From: Pseudomonadota bacterium
GTDB lineage: Bacteria; Bdellovibrionota_B; Oligoflexia; Oligoflexales; RGVZ01
Reading direction: 5' to 3'
NCBI GenBank assembly: GCA_041178085.1
Contig: JBEGVZ010000037.1
Span: forward strand, 12,722-76,721
Length of the DNA stretch: 64,000 bases
Part shown: piece by piece, positions 18,751 to 28,086 of the stretch
How positions within the stretch are numbered: position 1 is the stretch's first letter
Layout of the letters: the number at the start of each line of letters is the position of its first letter
Translations under genes and position numbers: made by a program
The notes under the pieces: model-generated
Databases searched by the model: none
What the model was told of the DNA's origin: nothing
The model's input: only the letters and a program-made list of their open reading frames with translations

Positions 18751-20409
18751 TTACTTCGTCATCACGTAGTTCTTGAGCGGCATGGAATCGAGGATGTTCG
18801 ACTTCCACGGCACTGCATTCAAGGCGCCATCGAGCAAAGCAACCTTTCGGCTTTGCAGGCGGTTCCGCGTGTACACATAAATCGGGATGACCGGCATTTC
18901 GGACATCAGGATCGTTTCGGCCTTCTTGAAGATGGCATGGCGCGATGCTTGATCCTTGGCCCTTGCGGCTTCTGCGATCAAACGATCGTAATCTTTGTTG
19001 GACCATCCGGTGTTGTTGTTGCCACCACCAGTGACCCACATGTCCAGAAAGGTATTTGGATCAGGGTAATCACCGATCCATGCTGAGCGCGAGACAGCGT
19101 AGTTCATCTGGGCTTGGCTGGTCAGGTAGACCTTCCACTCCTGATTATACAAACCAACTTCAATCCCCAGGTGTTTCTTCCACATCTGCTGGATGGCGAT
19201 GGCAATCTTCTTGTGGTCCTCGGATGTGTTGTAGAGGATGTCAAGTTTGGGGAACCCCTTGCCACCAGGGAACCCGGCATCTGCGAGCAGTTTTTGCGCT
19301 TCAGCAAGCGCCGCAGGCGTCATGGTCGCGTTCAGAGTACCATCAAACGTGTATCCGGCTGTGTTGGGTGGAGTAAACCCAAGGGCCGGCGTCTGGCCAC
19401 CAAGCGTAACCTTTTCAATCAACGTCTTGCGATCGATCGTCAAGGCAAGGGCCCTGCGCACACGCTTGTCATCAAGTGGCTTTTTGTTCACGTTCAAGCG
19501 GTAGAAATAGGTGCCCAGGTACGGATGGCTCTGGTACGGGTGCTGCTCCGGACTCGATTCTTTCTCTTTTGCATACTTCGGGATCCGCAGCGACGGGACC
19601 GTGTTGGTCATGTCGAGCTCGCCCTGGTGAAACATCTTATTTTCGGTGTCGATGTTTTCGATGGGCAGGAATACTGCTTCAGAGAGCTTCACTTTACCAG
19701 CATCCCAGTAGTTCTCATTGCGGACCATTTTTATGTGCTTGTTGATCTTCCACTCCGTCAGGCGGAAGGGGCCGTTGGACACCATCTTGCCTTCGTGGGT
19801 CCACTCTTCCTCACCGTACTTCTTGATGATGTGGGCAGGCACAGGATAGAGCGTGTAAAAACTGGTCAAACGCAGGAAGAAAGGCGTCGAGGATTTTAGC
19901 GTGACGACCAGGGTGCGCTTGTCCGTCGCCTTGACGCCAACTTTTGCAGGATCCTTGATCTTGCCCGTATTGAACTCTTCGCCATTCTCCAGGTAGTACA
20001 GCTGGTAGGCATATTCTGACGCTGTCTTGGGCGCGAGGGCCCTCAGCCACGACGAAACAAAATCCTCGGCCGTCAGCGGCGTGCCGTCGGACCACTTTGC
20101 ATCAGGGCGGATGTTGAACGTATAGGTCTTGCCATCCCGGGATACCTTCCACGAAGACGCCATGCCCGGGGTCGGCTCCAGGGTCACCGGATCCTGTCCG
20201 GTCAGTCCTTCAAAGAGGTTTTGCAAAATATGATGTTCCGGTACGCCGGTCACTTTGGCCGGGTCGAGGCCCTTGGGCTCTGTGCCGTTGCCGATACGGA
20301 TCACCTGTTGATCGGCTAGCGGAAGGGCTGCCAGGGTATTGGGCGCGTTTTGCACGACATAAGCCAAGAGCGCCGGAATCAAAACTTTTTGGGCCAGGTT
20401 TGCAAACAT
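18751..20409 (-). CDS. oppA: Oligopeptide ABC transporter substrate-binding protein
   Basis: EPKGLDP, NLFEGL, AKWSDGTPLTAEDF, VSNGPF, WIGDYPDPNTFL; RBS gaggagg before MFANL. Confidence 0.93.
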   Translation of the reverse strand: MFANLAQKVLIPALLAYVVQNAPNTLAALPLADQQVIRIGNGTEPKGLDPAKVTGVPEHHILQNLFEGLTGQDPVTLEPTPGMASSWKVSRDGKTYTFNIRPDAKWSDGTPLTAEDFVSSWLRALAPKTASEYAYQLYYLENGEEFNTGKIKDPAKVGVKATDKRTLVVTLKSSTPFFLRLTSFYTLYPVPAHIIKKYGEEEWTHEGKMVSNGPFRLTEWKINKHIKMVRNENYWDAGKVKLSEAVFLPIENIDTENKMFHQGELDMTNTVPSLRIPKYAKEKESSPEQHPYQSHPYLGTYFYRLNVNKKPLDDKRVRRALALTIDRKTLIEKVTLGGQTPALGFTPPNTAGYTFDGTLNATMTPAALAEAQKLLADAGFPGGKGFPKLDILYNTSEDHKKIAIAIQQMWKKHLGIEVGLYNQEWKVYLTSQAQMNYAVSRSAWIGDYPDPNTFLDMWVTGGGNNNTGWSNKDYDRLIAEAARAKDQASRHAIFKKAETILMSEMPVIPIYVYTRNRLQSRKVALLDGALNAVPWKSNILDSMPLKNYVMTK

Positions 20410-20574
20410 TGAGAGCTTCCTCCTCAAAGGACGACCGTAAAACAAACACATCGCCTCACCTGATTTTATCGGTGCGGAGACACTGATGTCGATGAATTGG
20501 AGATTGGTCTTGAAAGAAACTCTCAGATGGGAAACTAGCCCAAGCTGATCTTTGGTGTCAACAGCGGGCTTCGA

Positions 20575-20811
20575 CTATTTTTTAACCGGCACGCAGGAAA
20601 TCGCACCGCCTTGCATGGAACACATTGTCCCGTTGGGGCATTTGAACATGGCGCTGGCACAATCCGAATCCTTAGGCAGCCTATGCTTGGTGTCTGTTCT
20701 TTTTGCTGTCGCCGCCCCTGACGGTCCCTCTGGCGAAGTCTTGGACCGGGCGCCGCACCCAACAAGCAAGAACACGATCGAAAAAATCCCTGCCCATGTT
20801 TTCTGTCTCAT
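20575..20811 (-). CDS. Small Cys-rich lipoprotein
   Basis: MRQKTWAGIFSIVFLLVGC lipobox and C-terminal CASAMFKCPNGTMCSMQGGAISCVP. ATGA overlap with the upstream gene. Confidence 0.68.
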   Translation of the reverse strand: MRQKTWAGIFSIVFLLVGCGARSKTSPEGPSGAATAKRTDTKHRLPKDSDCASAMFKCPNGTMCSMQGGAISCVPVKK

Positions 20812-22586
20812 TGGCAAAACCCCGTTGCAGGATTATAGGCCAGCGGTGGGTTGCAACACTGGCAAAACCCCTTGTCATACACGCAGCCTTTGTTACATGG
20901 CCCGGGCTCCGGCGCTTCCTGGCCGCACATATCCATCCAAAGACCGTTGACCAGGGTGGGCGTACACACACAGTGGTTCGGATAATCCCGCGGCGGACAA
21001 CTTCCAGCTCCGCATTGAACGATCGTTCCCCCGCACGCCGGCGGCGGCGGCGGCGTCGGCGTCGGCGGATCAACGGAAGGCGGCGGCGTCGGCGGCGGCG
21101 GATCAACGGAAGGCGGCGGCGTCGGCGGCGGCGTCGGCGGATCAACGGAAGGCGGCGGCGTCGGCGGGCCAACGGAGGGCGGCGACGTCGGCGGATCAAC
21201 GGAAGGCGATGGCGTCGGCGGCGGCGTCGGTGGTAGTCCGCCTGACATCACCGCACAACCACCACCCTGCGCAAGCGGATTACAACCTGGGGGCGCAACG
21301 CAGCAAACACTTGAGGTACCCTGTAACAGCGGATTCCAGTTTGCTACCGCACAACGCTGCTGACCTTGTTCACACTCATCGCTATTTTTTGATGGAGCTT
21401 TCAATTGCCAGCAGTCTGTCCTGTTGCCCTTCAAGCAAAGGCAATATGGATCGCTGAACAGTGCGTGAAATTTCTTTTTGTTTTCCTCTGTGGGAGCGAG
21501 GCAATACGCATCTCCCCCACACATGTCCTTTGAATTGTCTTCAAACTTGTTGTCAGAGTTGTACCCCGCGCGAATATAAGGACATCCGGTGACCGCAAGG
21601 CAAAGCGTGTTGCCGACCGTGGCCCCTTCCTTGTTGCAGTCCTCGTATTCACACTTCGCATCCTTCCCACGCGTAACGCATTCCTCGATACAACTGGGGC
21701 GTTGCTGGTCTTCCAGCGTATTGCTGGACTCAGGATGCCGCTCATCGTAGGCCTTGGCGCACTGACCCCGCAAGTCAGCATCTGTTGGCGGCTGCGTCGA
21801 CCCTGATGCACAGGGTTTGACGATCGGTATATCCGGGCACTGGGGCAAAGGTTTAATTTTTTCGAGATTGTCATTGCACGCCTTATAGGCTGCCCCACAC
21901 TCGATCAACCAACCAACCTTGGACCCGTATTTGCAGACGTTCAAGAGAGCGCTGCCGTAGGGGTTCTCTTTAAGCGCCTCTTTTGCCGCCTCTGTCAGGC
22001 ACTTGGTGGCGCCACAAACAAGTTTGCCGAAGCCTTCATCGGGCGCTCCCCCGTTGCTGATTTTCCTGAGAGCCTCCCTCAGTTTATCCATGGCTTCGTT
22101 GCATTCTTTGCCTTCAGTTATAGGTAGTCCGGTGATGCCATCAAGGAACCCAAGACCAATGTCGATCGCCGTGTCTTCCAGTGGTTTGACCAGGCATTTG
22201 TCACAAAGCGTCTGACATTGTGGACCTGCACCGGGAGGAATGCTGCGACAAATCTTTTCTTTGACCTCATCGATTGCATCATCAATGGGATCCAGCACGA
22301 GATTCAGACACTGACCAACCCATACCCAAGCCTGGTCAGCAACGTCCTTGCAAATTTCCGGCACCGTACCGTGGACATAGGTCGATGCGTCAATGATCCC
22401 TTCCTGAATGCTCGTACAAAGGCTATCGACCGCAGCCTGACAGGCGCTGGGTAATTGCACCGGGTTATAAGGCACCTGGGAAAAGCCGGTGGCTGGCAGG
22501 CACACAAAGTGAAGAAGAATCCCAGCCGCATTGCGGCGCAGGAAAGACCCTTTAGGTACCTTGGCAAGAAAATCCATTCGGAACAC
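20808..22586 (-). CDS. Large secreted Cys-rich protein with Pro/Thr linker
   Basis: 592 aa, 47 Cys by my count, probable signal peptide ending TGFS, helical N-terminal part, (P/T)PPSVDPP linker, C-terminal Cys-knot-like domain. Confidence 0.75.
   Translation of the reverse strand: MFRMDFLAKVPKGSFLRRNAAGILLHFVCLPATGFSQVPYNPVQLPSACQAAVDSLCTSIQEGIIDASTYVHGTVPEICKDVADQAWVWVGQCLNLVLDPIDDAIDEVKEKICRSIPPGAGPQCQTLCDKCLVKPLEDTAIDIGLGFLDGITGLPITEGKECNEAMDKLREALRKISNGGAPDEGFGKLVCGATKCLTEAAKEALKENPYGSALLNVCKYGSKVGWLIECGAAYKACNDNLEKIKPLPQCPDIPIVKPCASGSTQPPTDADLRGQCAKAYDERHPESSNTLEDQQRPSCIEECVTRGKDAKCEYEDCNKEGATVGNTLCLAVTGCPYIRAGYNSDNKFEDNSKDMCGGDAYCLAPTEENKKKFHALFSDPYCLCLKGNRTDCWQLKAPSKNSDECEQGQQRCAVANWNPLLQGTSSVCCVAPPGCNPLAQGGGCAVMSGGLPPTPPPTPSPSVDPPTSPPSVGPPTPPPSVDPPTPPPTPPPSVDPPPPTPPPSVDPPTPTPPPPPACGGTIVQCGAGSCPPRDYPNHCVCTPTLVNGLWMDMCGQEAPEPGPCNKGCVYDKGFCQCCNPPLAYNPATGFCQ
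21037..21240 (-). repeat. Imperfect in-frame repeats encoding a PTPPPSVDPP linker
   Basis: ggcggatcaacggaaggcggcggcgtc-type units; four PSVDPP and one PSVGPP in the protein. Confidence 0.88.
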
Positions 22587-22674
22587 TCACTCCAGTCCAC
22601 CAGACCAGATGTCGATCGGCATTCAAACGATCAAAAGTGAGGGTAACCGGTAAAACGCTGGCTTGACTGGTTCG

Positions 22675-23694
22675 CTAGTGGTTTATTTTATTTATTATTA
22701 TCAATTGGTTACAGGAATCCAAAGCCTCGAAAACGATATCGGGCCCCGCCCCCTTGAACCACGTGATCTGGCGTTTGGCGTATTGGCGGGTGGCGATCAC
22801 GATGGCGTCGCGCACCTGCTGCAGTTCCGTGGAATCCAGGCCCGCGTGAAGTCCAGCCGTCACAGACTTCGTCGATTGCTCCTGAAGCGCCGCAGCCACC
22901 TCGCGGTATCCGATAGCCTGCATTGGCTTGGCGTGCAGCGGGCAGCCCGCCGCGAGTAATCCCCGCACCTCTTCCACCAGACCACTTGCCAGCATCTCAT
23001 CCACACGCTGCGCGATGCGTTCGTGCAAGCCTGCACGATCGGGATTCAGGAAAACGATCAATGTGTTTTGCCGCACGTCTGTCCGCTGCGCACCGGCCGT
23101 GGCCGCGCGCCCTGCATCCTCGCCTGACAAACTCATCATTGCCGACACGGGCTTTCCCGTCAGGCGGCAAAGTTCCACCGCACGCAGGATCCGCACCCGG
23201 TCGTTCGGGTGCAACTGTGCAGCGCGAGCGGGGTCCAGGGATTCAAGTTCTTGCCAAAGGTCCTCTGTCGAAATCTGTTGAAGCGTCGCCCGAAGCGTTT
23301 CATCCTTGGGCAAATCGGCTTCAAATCCCTGACCCAGAAAAGCACGCAAATAAAGCCCTGTGCCGCCGACAAGAATCGGCAATGCACCGCGCGCGCGGAT
23401 GGATGAGACGGTCTCGTGCGCCAAAGTTGCGTAACGCCCGGCATCGAAATCTTCGTGCCACGAAACGACGTCAATCAAGTGATGGGGGAATTCGCTACGT
23501 TCTGAAAGAGATGGCTTCGCAGATCCAATGTTAAAGTCCCGGTAGACTTGCACCGAGTCGCAGCCGACAATTTCTGCCTTGATGCCCCTCACCTGCGCCA
23601 ACTGCCGTGCAAGGTTCATGGCAAAGGCGCTCTTGCCGCTGGCCGTTGGCCCGACAATTGCCACTTGATGAAGTTTTTGTTCGAGCTGGATCAA
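22675..23694 (-). CDS. miaA: tRNA dimethylallyltransferase
   Basis: VGPTASGKS, CDSVQVYR, IGSAKP, VGGTGLYL, AIGYRE, TRQYAKRQITWF. Confidence 0.96.
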   Translation of the reverse strand: MIQLEQKLHQVAIVGPTASGKSAFAMNLARQLAQVRGIKAEIVGCDSVQVYRDFNIGSAKPSLSERSEFPHHLIDVVSWHEDFDAGRYATLAHETVSSIRARGALPILVGGTGLYLRAFLGQGFEADLPKDETLRATLQQISTEDLWQELESLDPARAAQLHPNDRVRILRAVELCRLTGKPVSAMMSLSGEDAGRAATAGAQRTDVRQNTLIVFLNPDRAGLHERIAQRVDEMLASGLVEEVRGLLAAGCPLHAKPMQAIGYREVAAALQEQSTKSVTAGLHAGLDSTELQQVRDAIVIATRQYAKRQITWFKGAGPDIVFEALDSCNQLIIINKINH

Positions 23695-23697
23695 GGA

Positions 23698-24708
23698 TCA
23701 ATTGGTACCGATAAATGAGCGGCAGGTTTCCTCTGCACCCAGCACGCCGCTGCGCCCCATCGAACTGACCATTTTCTCAAACAAGTAACCACCGACGTTC
23801 CCGCCGACCACGGTCAACTTGTTCAGGTCCTCAGGCATTGGACACGCGGCCTTGCAGCCTAGTTTATCCACCGTGGCACCGCCGCCACCGAAAATCCCGT
23901 CAACGGCATTACCGGCAGTCGTGCCCGTATTGCTTTGCATGGCAATGCAGCCAGCCTGATAGCCTGAGCAAAGCGAACGCCAGAAAGTCATGAAGCCCTG
24001 GTAACCGGGCTGACCTGTGGATTCACCGGTCGACGCACAGGAGGCAGCCTGGGAAAGGAGATGGCAGAATCCGACCGAGCGTGCTGAACCTAGCACTGAA
24101 TGATTGCCGGCAACCCCCTGCCAGGAAGAGCCTAGCCCTGCACCAAAACAACGTAGCGATTCGGGCGAAAGATCGCAAAAACCTGCCACGGCGTTGCATG
24201 GGGTATGCGAACCAATAATCCCGTCGAACGACCCACCGGCGCCTTCGATGACCTGGGCACAACTGTGACATGCATTTGCGTTGAAACGTACGGAAGACTC
24301 CTGAAGGCAGCGGCGCATCTTCAAAGTGTAGGCCTTGAACTGGGCGTTGGAGTCACAGCCCTTCACAAATGCATAATCCCCGCTGGCCAGACCGGTCACA
24401 CCGGCACAGGTCTGGTAGTAACCGAGTAGCCTGTTCTTCTCCCCCTCGTCGCAATCAGTCAGACAGAGACGAAGGCGCATGTAGTAGCCACACTCCATTT
24501 CCTTGAGGCCAAGTTCACTCGGATCGGCCGTCACAACAAAGGGATTGCGACAAGACTGAGCCAAGGATGGGCTGGTCTGCCAGTTGGAGCAGGCTGGCCT
24601 TACTTCCTCGCGCAGGCTTGCCGAGGTTTGGTCAGAGCGGGAACGACAGGCGGAGAAAACGGAAGTCAGGAGGAAAAGGAGAAGGAAAAAATGGACCGAG
24701 CGACGCAT
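23698..24708 (-). CDS. Cys/Gly-rich hypothetical lipoprotein
   Basis: Lipobox FSAC plus 20 further Cys; lies between mutL and miaA with short gaps. Confidence 0.72.
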   Translation of the reverse strand: MRRSVHFFLLLFLLTSVFSACRSRSDQTSASLREEVRPACSNWQTSPSLAQSCRNPFVVTADPSELGLKEMECGYYMRLRLCLTDCDEGEKNRLLGYYQTCAGVTGLASGDYAFVKGCDSNAQFKAYTLKMRRCLQESSVRFNANACHSCAQVIEGAGGSFDGIIGSHTPCNAVAGFCDLSPESLRCFGAGLGSSWQGVAGNHSVLGSARSVGFCHLLSQAASCASTGESTGQPGYQGFMTFWRSLCSGYQAGCIAMQSNTGTTAGNAVDGIFGGGGATVDKLGCKAACPMPEDLNKLTVVGGNVGGYLFEKMVSSMGRSGVLGAEETCRSFIGTN

Positions 24709-24740
24709 GACGACCCTCTTCTGATTGATTAAAAATAGTC

Positions 24741-26522
24741 TCAGCGGTCAAACCACCGACCGATTTGGTCGGATTCCCACCAGCGGAAAACGCGCCGTCC
24801 ATGGGGACAATTATGCTGAAAGTCGACTTCAGAAGCCTCACGCATCAAGCGAGCAAGCTCATCTGGGCCCAGTTCCTCGCCAGCACGGACCGCACTATGA
24901 CAAGCATAAGTCGCCAGAAGGTCCTGCGCCAGATCCGCCGTTGCGCTGGATCCAAATCCCTTTTGTGAAAGAAGCGACAGCATTTCTTGCGGATCGCGAT
25001 GGGCAAGGATCGACGGCACGCCCGCAACTTCGACGGACGTCTCGCCAGTGATTTCCAAGGCGAATCCATTGTCAACAAGGGTTGTCAGCCCTGACCGCAA
25101 AGCATCAATCGATGCAGCTGGTAACTCCACCAACTCCGGGATCATGAGAGTCTGGGACTGATGAAGAAGCGTACGGTCACGCGAGAGACGCTCGAAGATA
25201 ATCCGCTCGTGCCAGGCGTGCTGATCCACGGCAAGCAGGCGGTCGCCATCGGTGAACATAAGGTAGCATTTGCCGACACTGCCCAGGAACTTCATCTGCG
25301 CCCAAGGGATCTCAGCGGGTGCAGCCTGTGAAAAATCGGGAGCATCATCGCGGACAGGCACGGTGACCGCATCGTACACGCGGCGGGTTGCGGACGCCAT
25401 GGGGCTTGGCCGCCAGGATGTCGTCGCTGGCGTGGCCCAGACTTCGCGTACGGGGGTGTTTTCATCCATGACTGGTGCTGGCGAGAACATCGGCCGGGCC
25501 CAATCACCTTTGCGCAGGGCCTTCATGATCGCACGCACAACCACCGCCTGAACCTCGGAACCATACTGGAAGCGGACTTCGGTCTTGGCCGGATGGACGT
25601 TCACATCGACCAGTGCAGGGTCGACCGTCACATGCAGTGCAACGACCGGGTATTTTCCTTTGAGCAGATGGCTGTGATACCCGCGCTGGATCGCATAGCG
25701 CAGGGTCTTGTCTTTGACCCAACGGTGGTTCACGAACGTGAACATCGACTTGCTATTGACCTTTTCTACCCCGGGCGGAGAGACAAGACCCTCTACCGAA
25801 GCGTGGACGTCAGCCTCGTGCACATAGATCAACTGCGCTGCGACTTCGTTGCCGAATACGGCTGCGGCGCGCGTACGCAAGGCGCTTTCGCCGATTCGCC
25901 CGTCTTCGGGTTGAGCGGCAGCCGCGGCGACGACTTCGCGACGGTTGTTCACAAGGCGAAGGCGCACGGCAGGCCAACACAAGATCGCCGCATCAAAAAA
26001 TTCGGACACCGCACCAAGTTCAGACGCGGGCGATTTCAAGAACTTCAAACGCGCGGGGACGTTGAAAAAAAGATCGCGACAAGAAAGGGACGTCCCGGGG
26101 GCCGCGGCAACGTTCCGCTTAACTTCCGGGTTTGCCGATCCATCCAGCTCGATGCGGGTTCCAGCCGCTGCAGAGCGCTCCCTGGTGGTAAGCGTTAGCC
26201 GGGACACGGATGCGATGGAGGCAAGAGCCTCCCCCCGAAAACCCATCGACGATGCTACATAGAGGTCGTCCACCGAACGGATCTTGCTGGTCGCATGGCG
26301 CCGCAAAGCCAAGAGGGCATCCCCCTCTTCCATCCCGCAACCATCGTCGACCACGGCGATCGACTTGCAGCCCCCGTCTACAAGTTCGACCTGAACGTCA
26401 CGGGCGCCGGCATCGAGGGCGTTTTCCACCAGCTCCTTCACCACACTGGCGGGGCGCTCGACCACTTCGCCCGCGGCGATCTGGTTGATGACGTCATCGG
26501 CCAAAAGCTGGATCTTACCCAC
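24741..26522 (-). CDS. mutL: DNA mismatch repair endonuclease MutL
   Basis: NQIAAGEVVERPASVVKELVENALDA, GFRGEALASI, DVNVHPAKTEV, endonuclease motifs DQHAWHERIIFE, ACH, CPHGR. Confidence 0.97.
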   Translation of the reverse strand: MGKIQLLADDVINQIAAGEVVERPASVVKELVENALDAGARDVQVELVDGGCKSIAVVDDGCGMEEGDALLALRRHATSKIRSVDDLYVASSMGFRGEALASIASVSRLTLTTRERSAAAGTRIELDGSANPEVKRNVAAAPGTSLSCRDLFFNVPARLKFLKSPASELGAVSEFFDAAILCWPAVRLRLVNNRREVVAAAAAQPEDGRIGESALRTRAAAVFGNEVAAQLIYVHEADVHASVEGLVSPPGVEKVNSKSMFTFVNHRWVKDKTLRYAIQRGYHSHLLKGKYPVVALHVTVDPALVDVNVHPAKTEVRFQYGSEVQAVVVRAIMKALRKGDWARPMFSPAPVMDENTPVREVWATPATTSWRPSPMASATRRVYDAVTVPVRDDAPDFSQAAPAEIPWAQMKFLGSVGKCYLMFTDGDRLLAVDQHAWHERIIFERLSRDRTLLHQSQTLMIPELVELPAASIDALRSGLTTLVDNGFALEITGETSVEVAGVPSILAHRDPQEMLSLLSQKGFGSSATADLAQDLLATYACHSAVRAGEELGPDELARLMREASEVDFQHNCPHGRRVFRWWESDQIGRWFDR

Positions 26523-26740
26523 GGTGAACTCCTGCGACGATACAACACGCGGCCCAAATAATGGCCGCGCGACCGGTTGATAGAGACTGTAATTAACGCA
26601 GTCTATATCACCGCTATGGGAAGCCGTCCACAGTGGGGAAAACCGATTCAGTGCCGACGATCCAGGGATCCGAATGGTTTGACTAAATGACTTACAACAT
26701 CCGATTTTTATCGTTTTCGCCGAGCGCCCCTTAACCAGCC

Positions 26741-26784
26741 AAAAAAGGAACCCCGGAGCACCCCTTCAGGGGCCTCTCCGGGTT
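26741..26784 (-). terminator. Rho-independent terminator
   Basis: Minus strand AACCCGGAG...CTCCGGGGTT hairpin followed by CCTTTTTT, downstream of the 26824-28023 gene. Confidence 0.7.
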
Positions 26785-26823
26785 AAGGTTAGGTCGGACT
26801 CAATATCGAAACATCTACATAAG

Positions 26824-28023
26824 TTACAGACTCTGATCCACGGCCGAAGTACCTGACGCACCCGAGGAGGCGGACATGCATGCTTGGCAAACGCGGTTAC
26901 ACTCACTATCCGCGTCATGATAAACCCGCTGACAGGTCGACAGACATGATGCTCGTTCGGCCGAACCCGCGGGGAAGGTGTAGCAACCTCGTTGAGCTAT
27001 ACAATCACCCTTCGCATTACCGGCCATATCAAGACAAAACTCGGGACAACTCCGGTCTCCGGGGTTCGCGTAAGAACCGGAACAATCCGGAGCGGGCGGG
27101 GTATCAGGGCTGTTGCCACCGGGCGTCGTTGGCGGAGTCTCGGGCGTCGTTGGCGGAGTCTCCGGCGTCGTTGGCGGAGTCTCCGGCGTCGTTGGCGGAG
27201 TCTCCGGCGTCGTTGGCGGAGTCTCGGGCGTCGTTGGCGGAGTCTCGGGCGTCGTTGGCGGAGTCTCGGGCGTCGTTGGCGGAGTCTCGGGCGTCGTTGG
27301 CGGAGTACCGGGATTGTTTGGCGGTGACGGCGGCTGAGGGGGGTTGCATTGGTTTTGCACTTCGGGAACGTTACAGGTGCAGTAAACTGTCGATCCGATC
27401 ACAGACCCTGGCACCGGCCATACGATTACACCACTTGGGGGGGGGGCTTTGCAGCAATAACCCGAGGGTGACGCCTCATTATTATTCCCACAAGTCGTCG
27501 GATCTTTCTTGGGCTGCTTGGGGGCGGCGGGAGGACAAGCGCATCCGCCCCTCTTGTTGTTCCGCGCGGAACCGCGCTGAGCGTTGTTAATTTCCCCTGA
27601 AAACAGCTTCGACGATTCCGTTATAACGACGTATGCCGAACCCCCTGAACTATGATCGCTGCAATTATCTGTGGAGCACGGGGTCACTAGTTCATCGAAA
27701 AGTAACCCGGAAGATGCCTCATCTGTAGAAAGACCCAAACTTGGGCTTTGAGCCTTGCGGACGTTAGTAAGCGTCATCAGTCCTGCATTCGGTGAATTCA
27801 ACGATTTCACCTCTCCAGTCAGCGTTGTTCCGACCAGAGAACTAGTCAGGCCGGAGTCTTCCCGCATCCCCACGGCACTCATCGCGTCAGAGAACCCACT
27901 GGGCACTGCCGGCGACCGCGAACCCGCGGATGAATCGCTAGATTTCTTCGAACAACCAACTAACGCCAGCCCGGTCAACACCGGGACGAGCAGAACCTTG
28001 AATTTCAGACGTGTGCCCACCAT
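26824..28023 (-). CDS. Cys-rich lipoprotein with (TPPTTPE)n stalk
   Basis: Lipobox LVGC, Ser-rich tether, Cys/Pro region, 9 heptad repeats, C-terminal CX3C-containing helical domain; RBS aaggggg. Confidence 0.75.
   Translation of the reverse strand: MVGTRLKFKVLLVPVLTGLALVGCSKKSSDSSAGSRSPAVPSGFSDAMSAVGMREDSGLTSSLVGTTLTGEVKSLNSPNAGLMTLTNVRKAQSPSLGLSTDEASSGLLFDELVTPCSTDNCSDHSSGGSAYVVITESSKLFSGEINNAQRGSARNNKRGGCACPPAAPKQPKKDPTTCGNNNEASPSGYCCKAPPPSGVIVWPVPGSVIGSTVYCTCNVPEVQNQCNPPQPPSPPNNPGTPPTTPETPPTTPETPPTTPETPPTTPETPPTTPETPPTTPETPPTTPETPPTTPETPPTTPGGNSPDTPPAPDCSGSYANPGDRSCPEFCLDMAGNAKGDCIAQRGCYTFPAGSAERASCLSTCQRVYHDADSECNRVCQACMSASSGASGTSAVDQSL
27122..27310 (-). repeat. 21-bp tandem repeat, 9 copies, coding TPPTTPE
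   Basis: GGCGTCGTTGGCGGAGTCTC(G/C) repeated head-to-tail without spacers. Confidence 0.95.
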
Positions 28024-28059
28024 GTTCCCCCCTTTGTCGCGAAATTCTCGACTCAGGGG

Positions 28060-28086
28060 CGTTCGGTTGTTTGGGACAAAACTTTA
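28060..28086 (-). promoter_or_regulatory. Sigma-28 (FliA)-like promoter
   Basis: Minus strand TAAAGTTT-N11-ACCGAACG versus consensus TAAAGTTT-N11-GCCGATAA. Confidence 0.55.

Noticed and set aside
20681..21236. Arg-rich protamine-like ORFs (20681-21199 minus, 20703-21236 plus)
   Set aside because: These are alternative-frame readings of the Pro/Thr linker of the 592-aa gene.
26582..26607. LexA/SOS box upstream of mutL
   Set aside because: AGACTG-N9-CAGTCT is an inverted repeat, but the spacing is CTG-N9-CAG rather than the CTG-N10-CAG of the enterobacterial box. It may be another operator, but nothing supports that.
27122..27310. CRISPR array
   Set aside because: The repeats are contiguous 21-mers with no unique spacers, are in frame within a CDS, and no cas genes are present.
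26880..27590. Repeat ORFs (ASLAESR, RRWRSLG, GVVGGVS, SANDARD)
   Set aside because: These are shadow frames of the TPPTTPE repeat; the lipoprotein frame has an RBS, a lipobox and a terminator.
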